DNA from: Candidatus Saccharimonadales bacterium
Lineage (GTDB): Bacteria > Patescibacteriota > Saccharimonadia > Saccharimonadales > 2-12-FULL-41-12
Reading direction: 5' to 3'
Assembly: GCA_036276755.1 (NCBI GenBank)
Contig: DASUOG010000028.1
Coordinates: 1,040-65,039, forward strand
Length of the DNA stretch: 64,000 nt
Notes under the pieces: model-generated
Databases searched by the model: none
Told to the model about the DNA's origin: nothing
The model's input: the letters and a program-made list of their open reading frames with translations, nothing else
Shown: in pieces, positions 47,085 through 54,567 of the stretch
Layout: the number at the start of each line of letters is the position of its first letter
How positions within the stretch are numbered: position 1 is the stretch's first letter
Program-made: the position numbers and the translations under genes

Positions 47085-47741
47085 TCACCAATTGAGAATA
47101 ATGTTTCTCATGGTCTCGACAATCTCTTGGTGCTTTGGAAGTTGATTATTTTTGTAGTAATGATCCGTACTATCCACGTATTCCTCTACCGTACCGAGGC
47201 AACAAATTTTGTCAGCCACCAGATGCATCTTATCTACAGCCTCGACACTGGCGACCGGTGTGGCTATGATAATCTCCTTGGTTTTTATCGGTTTTAAGAA
47301 ATCAGCTGTTACGTCAATCGATAAGCCATTTCTAAAACCGTCGGAAACTATGATGACCGTATGATTTTTTAAAAGCTGTTTAGGGATATCCGTGCCCTCA
47401 TCCCCTATCCTGTTCAATTTTTGAAAAGCCAAGACACGCTTTTCTTCTATAATACTGCGATAATCACTATTCAATGCTTCAAGCTCACCGGTTGAATATT
47501 CGTTATTGTAAGTAAAGGTCCCGGCAGAACTCATGGTAGCCAATGGCTTCTGCTCGCCCGGCAGGGCTACGTCTTCCATGACCAGCAAATAAAGTGCCGT
47601 GTGCAATGTCTTGGCTATCTCAGCCCCAACTACGACACCGCCCTCTGTCAGACTTACTACTACGCAATTTTCCTTTTTGTAGTCTTTTAGCTTTTCGGCG
47701 ATAATTCTTCCGGCTTCTTGGCGGTCGGCAAAATATCTCAT
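47085..47741 (-). CDS. phosphoribosyltransferase-family protein
   Basis: N-terminal RYFADRQEAGRIIAEKL and PRPP-binding-like loop VIIVSDGFRNGLS. Confidence 0.65.
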   Translation of the reverse strand: MRYFADRQEAGRIIAEKLKDYKKENCVVVSLTEGGVVVGAEIAKTLHTALYLLVMEDVALPGEQKPLATMSSAGTFTYNNEYSTGELEALNSDYRSIIEEKRVLAFQKLNRIGDEGTDIPKQLLKNHTVIIVSDGFRNGLSIDVTADFLKPIKTKEIIIATPVASVEAVDKMHLVADKICCLGTVEEYVDSTDHYYKNNQLPKHQEIVETMRNIILNW

Positions 47742-47781
47742 ATAAATGTTAGTTTATCATGATAAACCAGGAACAGTATGC

Positions 47782-48513
47782 CTAGCGAACAGGCTTAAGC
47801 AAATAGAACCTCTCCAGATTGCCTTTCGGGCCCGGCACCAGAGAGTCGGACTTATCAATTATCTTATAATATGGCTTTGCCCAGCCCTCAAAAGCTTTTA
47901 AAACTTTACGTCGGATATTCTCATTTTTGATGACGCCTTTATGCTTATGCAAACTGTCCGTAGTTTCAAATTGCGGTTTTACCATGGCTATTACTTCCAC
48001 GTCATAATCTATTAGGCTGAGTAAATGACCTAAAACCAGCCTAACACTTATAAACGATACGTCGATAAGACAATAATCAATTTTTGTACTCAGGTTTTTA
48101 ACATCTCGTATGTCCGTCTGTTCATGAAGCTCGATACGTTGATCCGTTTTTAAGCGTTGATCCATCTGATTCTTTCCAACGTCTATGGCAATGATCTTGG
48201 CTGCCCCGTGTTGTAGAGCATAATCGGAAAAGCCTCCGGTGCTGCTTCCAACGTCCAAAACGGTCTTGCCCTGGAAATCAAGCTTGAGCTGGGTAGCAAC
48301 CGACTCCAGCTTCAATCCGCCTCTTGAAACATATCTTATAGGCGCTGTAAGTTCGACAATAGCATTTTTTGACATTTTAAAACCGGGCTTAAGCACGACC
48401 TTTCCATTCACTGTCACTTTTCCCAGCTTTATATGGTTTTCTGCCTGGCTCCGGGTTGCTGCCAGACCTCTTTCAACCAAATGATTATCAAGCCTGGTTG
48501 TGCTCATGCTCAA
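47782..48513 (-). CDS. tlyA: TlyA-family rRNA 2'-O-methyltransferase
   Basis: N-terminal S4 domain (RLDNHLVERGLAATRSQAENHI), SAM motif VLDVGSSTGGFSDYAL, FtsJ-like fold. Confidence 0.85.
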   Translation of the reverse strand: MSMSTTRLDNHLVERGLAATRSQAENHIKLGKVTVNGKVVLKPGFKMSKNAIVELTAPIRYVSRGGLKLESVATQLKLDFQGKTVLDVGSSTGGFSDYALQHGAAKIIAIDVGKNQMDQRLKTDQRIELHEQTDIRDVKNLSTKIDYCLIDVSFISVRLVLGHLLSLIDYDVEVIAMVKPQFETTDSLHKHKGVIKNENIRRKVLKAFEGWAKPYYKIIDKSDSLVPGPKGNLERFYLLKPVR

Positions 48514-49076
48514 TCTTTTCTGCGCTCACGGTAATTACCCGTTGTCGTATCCACACTGATAATATCGCCGGTTTTTATGAAAGCCGGTACTTTGATAGTA
48601 GCCCCTGTTTCCAGCTTCGCATCCTTGGTTAAGGCGGAGCTGGTATCTCCGCGCACCACGTTTTCAGCGTAATCGACTTTGAGATCAACATTCTTGGGTA
48701 TCTCAATATTAATAACTCTACCGCTAAAGCTCTGGGCCACGACCTCCAACCCCTCGGTCAAAAATCTACTTTGAGCCCCCAACATGGCCTGTGGGACTTC
48801 ATAGGTCTCATAAGAAACCTTGTCCATAAAAAATAACTTTCCGCCATCTGCATACAAAAATTGGGCAGTAGAATTTTGAATGTCAGCGGATTGGACCGAG
48901 CCGTTACCTTTGTAAGTTTTTTCTAAAACCTTGCCGTCGGAGAGACTTTTTATTTTGACATTTACTATTGATCCACCGCGACCCAATACTTTTTGACCAT
49001 ATTCAATAACCTTGAACGGTTCGCCGTCGATCTGGAATATGGTTCCTTTCTTCAAGTCAGTTATCGATAATGCCAT
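48510..49076 (-). CDS. efp: translation elongation factor P
   Basis: Three-domain EF-P pattern (DLKKGTIFQIDGEPFKVIEY..., VKVPAFIKTGDIISVDT). The loop tip reads VLGRGGS, with Arg where Lys34 sits in E. coli. Confidence 0.9.
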   Translation of the reverse strand: MALSITDLKKGTIFQIDGEPFKVIEYGQKVLGRGGSIVNVKIKSLSDGKVLEKTYKGNGSVQSADIQNSTAQFLYADGGKLFFMDKVSYETYEVPQAMLGAQSRFLTEGLEVVAQSFSGRVINIEIPKNVDLKVDYAENVVRGDTSSALTKDAKLETGATIKVPAFIKTGDIISVDTTTGNYRERRKD

Positions 49077-49152
49077 TTAATTTCTCCTTTTATTAGGAAA
49101 GGGCGGCGCCGGTTACCTCTCAACGAACGGGTCCCGATTTATTCAGACTACA

Positions 49153-49362
49153 CTACCCGTTCTGCACAAAAGGCAGAAGACCGATATGACGGGCTCTTTT
49201 TATAGCGACAGCCAGTTTTTTCTGCTGGCTTTCGCTTAGACCGGTTTTTTTGCGGGATTCTATCTGGCCGTATTGATTCACATACCTTTGCAATGTCTTG
49301 AAATCCTTGTAGTCAAAGTATGCTATATCTGTTTTGTGCTTGAATATTTTTGCCATCTTCAC
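49153..49362 (-). CDS. rpsR: 30S ribosomal protein S18
   Basis: IAYFDYKDFKTLQRYVNQYGQIESRKKTGLS...QKKLAVAIKRARHIGLLPF. Confidence 0.92.
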   Translation of the reverse strand: MKMAKIFKHKTDIAYFDYKDFKTLQRYVNQYGQIESRKKTGLSESQQKKLAVAIKRARHIGLLPFVQNG

Positions 49363-49390
49363 TCCTTTTGGTTGCGTTTAGTTATTAGTC

Positions 49391-49873
49391 CTAGAAAGGG
49401 ATGTCATCGAGATTAATCGGCTCATCGTCAACGTCTTCGATTGTTACATTCTTGTCTTTTTTCTTGTCTTTCTTTGCAGGCTCAGCATCCACCGGACCGG
49501 ACCGTGAGGATGCCGGCGGTTCGCTTCCTTCACCGCCTCCTCGGCTGCCCAAGAAGGTGACGTCCAGAGCTACGACTTCGAGCTTACTACGCTTTTGGCC
49601 GTCCTGCTCCCAATTCCGGCTTTGCAAACGTCCGCTCACTAATACCGGACGACCTTTTGTAACATATTGTGCGACACGCTCCCCGAGCGGACCCCAAGCT
49701 ACTACATCCACATAGTCCGTAGCCTCCTGCCACTCTCCATCTTGCCCTTTATAGGCTCGATTAAGAGCAAGGCTGAAATTACAAACACTCTGCCCGCTGG
49801 GAATCTGCCTGATTTCCGGATCGCGGGTTAGGTTACCCATCAATGTTACCTGGTTAAAACTTCTAGCCATCAT
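49391..49873 (-). CDS. ssb: single-stranded DNA-binding protein
   Basis: OB-fold N-terminus (FNQVTLMGNLTRDPEIR), disordered linker, acidic C-terminal tip DDIPF. Confidence 0.92.
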   Translation of the reverse strand: MMARSFNQVTLMGNLTRDPEIRQIPSGQSVCNFSLALNRAYKGQDGEWQEATDYVDVVAWGPLGERVAQYVTKGRPVLVSGRLQSRNWEQDGQKRSKLEVVALDVTFLGSRGGGEGSEPPASSRSGPVDAEPAKKDKKKDKNVTIEDVDDEPINLDDIPF

Positions 49874-49897
49874 CTACTCCTTTTGGTTAACATTGTA

Positions 49898-50290
49898 CTA
49901 TTCTTTTTCTTTTTCTTCTTCGGCATCCGCTTCGTCGTCAGCAGCTTTTCGTTCAGCAGCTCTTTTAGCCTTGGCGGCCCTTGCCGCTTCGGCCCTGGCG
50001 ATGGCTTTGAGATCCGGCTTCGTAATCAGATAACGGATCACTTCATCTGTGATGTTCAGCGCAGACTCTACCTTGGCTATGTTTTCCGCCGGCAATTGTA
50101 CCGTATAAAATACATACACCGCGTGATCGTGTTTTTTTATCGGGTAAGCTAGTTTTTTCTTGCCCCAGTTATCGTCTTTGACGACCTTGCCTTTGTTTTC
50201 TGAAAATATTTTTTCTACCTTGGCAGACGGTTTGCTCAGGTCAATTTCCAGGTGCGGATCAAATAAAACCGCGACCTCATACTCATTCAT
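49898..50290 (-). CDS. rpsF: 30S ribosomal protein S6 (start re-assigned to ATG 50290) with Ala/Lys/Glu-rich tail
   Basis: MNEYEVAVLFDP... with a GGAGAG RBS. The upstream 20 codons in the track lack an RBS. Canonical rpsF-ssb-rpsR order. Confidence 0.88.
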   Translation of the reverse strand: MNEYEVAVLFDPHLEIDLSKPSAKVEKIFSENKGKVVKDDNWGKKKLAYPIKKHDHAVYVFYTVQLPAENIAKVESALNITDEVIRYLITKPDLKAIARAEAARAAKAKRAAERKAADDEADAEEEKEKE

Positions 50291-50411
50291 AGAATCTCTC
50301 CTCTGGTTATGCCTGCGCGCTTCACAATTGGCCGCAAGCTGAGTTAACAATCAATAAATATTAACAAAATCACCTCTGTTAGTCAAGTATGGACGATCGG
50401 CAGGGATTACT

Positions 50412-50924
50412 TCAGACTTCCACGGCGCGCAGATGCACATCGGGCAAAGGTGTACCCCGGCTAAAGAATTCAATAGTCCGTGCCATATAGCCCCGCGGCG
50501 GCAGTTGGGGTTCACTTCTTTGCAGCTCCGGATCGGGTTCTACCGCGACAACCGGATCAGGCTCTGCCGCGACAAAGAATTCATCCCTGGCCGTAACCGG
50601 AGGACTTTGATCTACTTCTATAGGATCAAATAGCGGGTCAATGGCCGTTATGCCCAAACCGCTGGGTATCACATCGATTCTGGCGAGTATCGCTTCAGGA
50701 TCCGCGCCGTTACTGCTCAAAGCGGCTTCAACCTTTCTTGCGCTTTCAATCGGGGCAAATAATCTGTCATCCTCGATTAATCTACGCCCATCTGCAGCAG
50801 CATCGGCTACGTCGCCTTCTATGGGTGCATAAAGTTCATCTAAAGCCGTTATGCCGTGTCCGTTGACAATATCTTTCTCACCAACCAAGATTTCTCTGGT
50901 AGGTTCTCCATTTCCTGTGGTCAT
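50412..50924 (-). CDS. acidic hypothetical protein with three [LF][YF][AD]PIE motifs (start re-assigned to ATG 50924)
   Basis: AGGA RBS before MTTGNGEPT. Motifs LYAPIEGD, LFAPIESA and LFDPIEVD. No homology recognised. Confidence 0.45.
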   Translation of the reverse strand: MTTGNGEPTREILVGEKDIVNGHGITALDELYAPIEGDVADAAADGRRLIEDDRLFAPIESARKVEAALSSNGADPEAILARIDVIPSGLGITAIDPLFDPIEVDQSPPVTARDEFFVAAEPDPVVAVEPDPELQRSEPQLPPRGYMARTIEFFSRGTPLPDVHLRAVEV

Positions 50925-51011
50925 TGTATTTTCCTTTTTTACCTCTGCTGTGCTCGAATTTATCACAAATAATACTATAAGTCCAGAGTTTAACAACGAT
51001 GTCAAAGCGGA

Positions 51012-53222
51012 CTATTTCAGGGGATCTTCCGGCTGGTCGGGCATATCATCATACACGTCTCCGGACATGTTGCCGCCGCCAAAAACATCATCCATGCTAT
51101 TGACCAGTACCTCTCGCGGCCGGGAACCGTCAGCTTGGCTGACTATTCCCTGCTCCTCCATGGTTTCGATCAGACGGGCGGCGCGGGCGTAACCGACACG
51201 TAATCGTCTCTGCAATAAGCTTGTGCTGGCCTTCCTGCCCTCGATGACCACTTGCACCGCATCACGCCACAAGTCATCATCCGCATCCTGTGCACCGAAT
51301 TCGGAAACCACGCCCCCCTTGCCTATCTGAACCGGTTGACTCACGACTTCGTCGTCATATTGAGGCGGACGCTGTTCGCGCAAATAATCAGTTACTTTTG
51401 CCGTTTCCTTATCCGAGATAAATGCCGCTTGCACGCGCCGGGGTTTGGGCATATTGGCCGTTAGAAGAAGCATATCGCCCTGGCCCAACAGCTTTTCGGC
51501 ACCAGCCCCGTCGATTATGGTCTTCGAATCGACCTGGCTGGTAGTGGTGAAGGCGACCCTGGCCGGCACATTAGCCTTGATCAGTCCGGTTATAACATCT
51601 ACGCTGGGTCGCTGGGTTGCCAGTATCAGGTGTATGCCGGCCGCCCGGGCCTTTTGCGCTATGCGCGCCACCAATGACTCCACGTCGCGTGCCGCCATCA
51701 TCATCAGGTCCGATAACTCATCGATGACGATCACCACATAAGGCATCCCTTCTTCTTTTTTCAGGTTATTGTATTCCACGATATTGCGCTTGCCGGCCTC
51801 GGCCATGGTCCGAAGGCGTCTTTCCATCTCGGCGACTGCCCATTTGAGCGCGCTGATACACTTCTCAGGTTCATGGATAACCGGGCTTAGCAGGTGCGGA
51901 ATGTCGTTGTAGGGAGTCAGTTCGACTTGCTTGGGGTCGACCATTATAAGTTTGAGGTCCGACGGGCTATAACGATAGAGCATGCTGGTCAGGACAGTAT
52001 TGATCATCACCGATTTGCCGGAACCGGTCTGACCGGCTATCAACAGATGCGGCATTTTAGCCAAATCGCCGACTATCGGCGTGCCGACTATATCCTTACC
52101 GATAACAAAGCTGATATGGCCCTTTTCTTTCTGCCATTTATCCGAGGTCAGCACACTGCTTAGGCGCACCGTCGAAGGCTTCACGTTGGGCACCTCTATA
52201 CCCACCAATCTTTTGCCCGGTATTGGCGCTTCTATCCTTATAGAGTGAGCCGCCAGATCCAGCGCCAGGTTATTGTCAAGCGCGGTAATCTTCTGCAGTT
52301 TAGTTCCCGGCGGCGGTTTTAGGGTGTACTGAGTTACCCGCGGCCCGATGTTGGCGCCTTCCATCTCCACCTTGATATTAAAATTGTTCAACGTATCGCG
52401 GATAATGTCGGCATTGGTCTGCACATCGCCGGCATCAGCCTTGTCCTGCTTTTGGTTCAATAGATCAAGCGGCGGGAATTTCCAGTCTTTATCGCTGGAC
52501 GTAGTCAGTGCTTCGTGGTTTTCGCTTTCCGCCAACTTCTTAGCCGTGTTTTTAAGCGTAGAAAGCCGGGTCGACTTATCATTATCGCCTCCCGAAGAAT
52601 GTTCTATGGGCACGCCTTCGTTAAGTTTCAGGCCTTTTTCACTTCTTGCCTTAAGCTCGGCCAGGTCCGTGTCCGATTTATTGCCTGGAGTGAAGGGCTT
52701 GAACAGTAGGAGAAGCTTCTTAAGGGAAATATTAAATGCCAGGAAGAAAAACAACGTAGCTACTATCAGCATTGAAATACCGGCCGGTAACTTATCCAGG
52801 GCCAAAAGCATGGCATTGCCGATAACCTCGCCGATATAACCCCCGTGTCCGCCGGTAATTTCACCAGTGAAGGAATCTTTATCCGCAAAAAATGTGTGTA
52901 ATGCCACAGAAAAAGTAACTAAAAATCCAAGCATGCTGGCCAGCTTGATAAGCGGTATCCGCCTATCTTCGTTATTAAATTTATGCACGCTGAAAAATAC
53001 CAGGGCAAAAGGCGTAAGATAAGCCACCCAGCCCAACGCGGCGTAAACCTGCTTGAACATACCGACCGGTAACGATCCGCCGGTGCCGAAACCGCCGAGC
53101 AATAAGAAGAAAGCCAAAACCAGCATCAAAATAGCGGCCGACAACTGCCAGAAGGCGTTGTCACTGCCGTCCGGAGTGTTTTTCTTTACCGGTTTTTTTG
53201 CGCGTTTTTTCTTTTTTGCCAT
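51012..53222 (-). CDS. ftsK: DNA translocase FtsK/SpoIIIE
   Basis: Four N-terminal TM helices, a linker, the motor domain with Walker A GQTGSGKS and Walker B VVIVIDELSDLMM, and a C-terminal gamma (winged-helix) domain ASTSLLQRRLRVGYARAARLIETMEEQGIV. Confidence 0.93.
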   Translation of the reverse strand: MAKKKKRAKKPVKKNTPDGSDNAFWQLSAAILMLVLAFFLLLGGFGTGGSLPVGMFKQVYAALGWVAYLTPFALVFFSVHKFNNEDRRIPLIKLASMLGFLVTFSVALHTFFADKDSFTGEITGGHGGYIGEVIGNAMLLALDKLPAGISMLIVATLFFFLAFNISLKKLLLLFKPFTPGNKSDTDLAELKARSEKGLKLNEGVPIEHSSGGDNDKSTRLSTLKNTAKKLAESENHEALTTSSDKDWKFPPLDLLNQKQDKADAGDVQTNADIIRDTLNNFNIKVEMEGANIGPRVTQYTLKPPPGTKLQKITALDNNLALDLAAHSIRIEAPIPGKRLVGIEVPNVKPSTVRLSSVLTSDKWQKEKGHISFVIGKDIVGTPIVGDLAKMPHLLIAGQTGSGKSVMINTVLTSMLYRYSPSDLKLIMVDPKQVELTPYNDIPHLLSPVIHEPEKCISALKWAVAEMERRLRTMAEAGKRNIVEYNNLKKEEGMPYVVIVIDELSDLMMMAARDVESLVARIAQKARAAGIHLILATQRPSVDVITGLIKANVPARVAFTTTSQVDSKTIIDGAGAEKLLGQGDMLLLTANMPKPRRVQAAFISDKETAKVTDYLREQRPPQYDDEVVSQPVQIGKGGVVSEFGAQDADDDLWRDAVQVVIEGRKASTSLLQRRLRVGYARAARLIETMEEQGIVSQADGSRPREVLVNSMDDVFGGGNMSGDVYDDMPDQPEDPLK

Positions 53223-53286
53223 AAATTTTTTCTGGTTATACCGGTGATAATTGTATCATTTATAAGCATAGTCAAGCTATGTATAT

Positions 53287-53315
53287 ATTATAGCAAAAAT
53301 TACTACAAAAGTCAA
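53287..53315 (-). promoter_or_regulatory. near-consensus sigma70 promoter TTGACT-N17-TATAAT upstream of ftsK
   Basis: The minus strand reads gTTGACTtttgtagtaatttttgcTATAATata. -35 at 53310-53315, -10 at 53287-53292. Confidence 0.6.
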
Positions 53316-53334
53316 CTTAATAAAATAAGGCGGG

Positions 53335-54351
53335 TTACTCTTTTGCTTCGCGAAATTGCTTTGAGTCCAACACTGCGATGTTAGTTCCTATACTCCTATT
53401 AGAACCCTCTCCTTCTGCAACAATACTGTCGTATTCACCAGAATTATCCTCAAGAATATCAAAACCTTTTTCAAACGCAGAATCCACACCTCTAAAGTCT
53501 CCACTGGCCGATACGTGCAAGGGATGTAGAGATTTGATAAAAACCGGTATTATACGGGGAGAAGCGTTAGCGGGAAGGAGAATCTGGTTGCCAAGTGAAG
53601 CCTGCTGTTCAACATAACGTTGATGGGCGGAATACAAGGATTTATAAGGTAGTAGTTCTTCATCAGAATCCGGGAAACGACCCCCGTATAACTGAAGCAT
53701 CTCGCCTAGGTGTGAGACATGGACACCATCAAAAGAAAAAGAGGAACTGAAAGTTATAGTCCCCTCTTCTAACAACTGATGGTAATCATCAATATCGTAT
53801 TCCTTTCCTTGCTCTATGATTTTTACGCGTCCATCCCTTTGTTGGCACGAGCCAAGCACTTCGTTCCATTTTTTTATAACATTTGGGAAAGCATCTTCAT
53901 CAAGTGTATTTGCCGCTTCCATCTGTTCGATTAAAGTTCCCGAAGCCAGTTCTTTAAACCCGAAACGGAAAGCAATGTTATTCATAACAGTAATAAACTT
54001 AGAACCCAACGGATCGGCAAATTGAGCTGCCAATTCTGGAGTATCCGTTACATAAATACCTTTATAATCATGGTCCATCCCATGATTCGAAAGCATGGCC
54101 GGATCTTGAGAGCCCATGGAAATAGAAATATCAAATTGTCTGTTCGTACCATGATAGAAAACCTGAGGCTCACCTGTTTGAGAATTTACGATCTTGCTCG
54201 TATCGAGAGCGTCCGGGTCATTTTGCCAGTCTCCGAACCAAGATATAAAATCAGGGCTATGGACTTGTTCCTGCTGAGCGGGTGATAATTTTGAGTCAGC
54301 AGCTGAACTACTAGTATTCGCTAAGGCCGGAGGTTTAAGTTGTTCTGACAT
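53335..54351 (-). CDS. ART-PolyVal-like (ADP-ribosyltransferase-fold, H-Y-E class) domain protein, orphan
   Basis: FISWFGDW...TGEPQVFYHGT..QFD, then KGIYVTDTPELAAQFA and a C-terminal ...PVFIKSLHPL...IAVLDSKQF. This resembles the WFG...vvYHGT / G.YFT pattern of polyvalent-protein ART domains found in phages and conjugative elements. Confidence 0.45.
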   Translation of the reverse strand: MSEQLKPPALANTSSSAADSKLSPAQQEQVHSPDFISWFGDWQNDPDALDTSKIVNSQTGEPQVFYHGTNRQFDISISMGSQDPAMLSNHGMDHDYKGIYVTDTPELAAQFADPLGSKFITVMNNIAFRFGFKELASGTLIEQMEAANTLDEDAFPNVIKKWNEVLGSCQQRDGRVKIIEQGKEYDIDDYHQLLEEGTITFSSSFSFDGVHVSHLGEMLQLYGGRFPDSDEELLPYKSLYSAHQRYVEQQASLGNQILLPANASPRIIPVFIKSLHPLHVSASGDFRGVDSAFEKGFDILEDNSGEYDSIVAEGEGSNRSIGTNIAVLDSKQFREAKE

Positions 54352-54377
54352 TTTAGTTTTTTGTAAATTACTATATT

Positions 54378-54406
54378 ATTATAGCAAAAAATAACTAAAA
54401 AGTCAA
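54378..54406 (-). promoter_or_regulatory. near-consensus sigma70 promoter TTGACT-N17-TATAAT upstream of the ART-like gene
   Basis: The minus strand reads tTTGACTttttagttattttttgcTATAATaat. -35 at 54401-54406, -10 at 54378-54383. Similar to the ftsK promoter, including the spacer ending TTTTTGC. Confidence 0.6.
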
Positions 54407-54487
54407 ACTATCTGATCCTCGGCATCTCTCACTTGAGTATAATTCTAAAAAATATGTTAACCACCCAAGGTAGAATAATGGATTTTT

Positions 54488-54557
54488 AGGGGTGGGCAGC
54501 CGGAGCATCGGATTCATTCCGTGCCCCGCGCGATGAGAGGGGACATTCCCCTCTCAT
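54488..54557. repeat. intergenic double-hairpin GC-rich element (copy B) downstream of rnj
   Basis: Hairpin 1: GGGCA(GC)CGG-agcatcggattcatt-CCGTGCCC. Hairpin 2: ATGAGAGGGG-acatt-CCCCTCTCAT (54533-54557). Contains the reverse complement of the GGAATGAATCCGATGCT core seen at 44197-44213. Confidence 0.5.
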
Positions 54558-54567
54558 TAGCGTAGCG

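Noticed and set aside
54533-54557. Hairpin ATGAGAGGGG-acatt-CCCCTCTCAT as the intrinsic terminator of rnj
   Set aside because: No U-run follows on the minus strand (the next bases are CGCGCGGGG). It is therefore reported as part of a repeat or hairpin element rather than as a canonical terminator.
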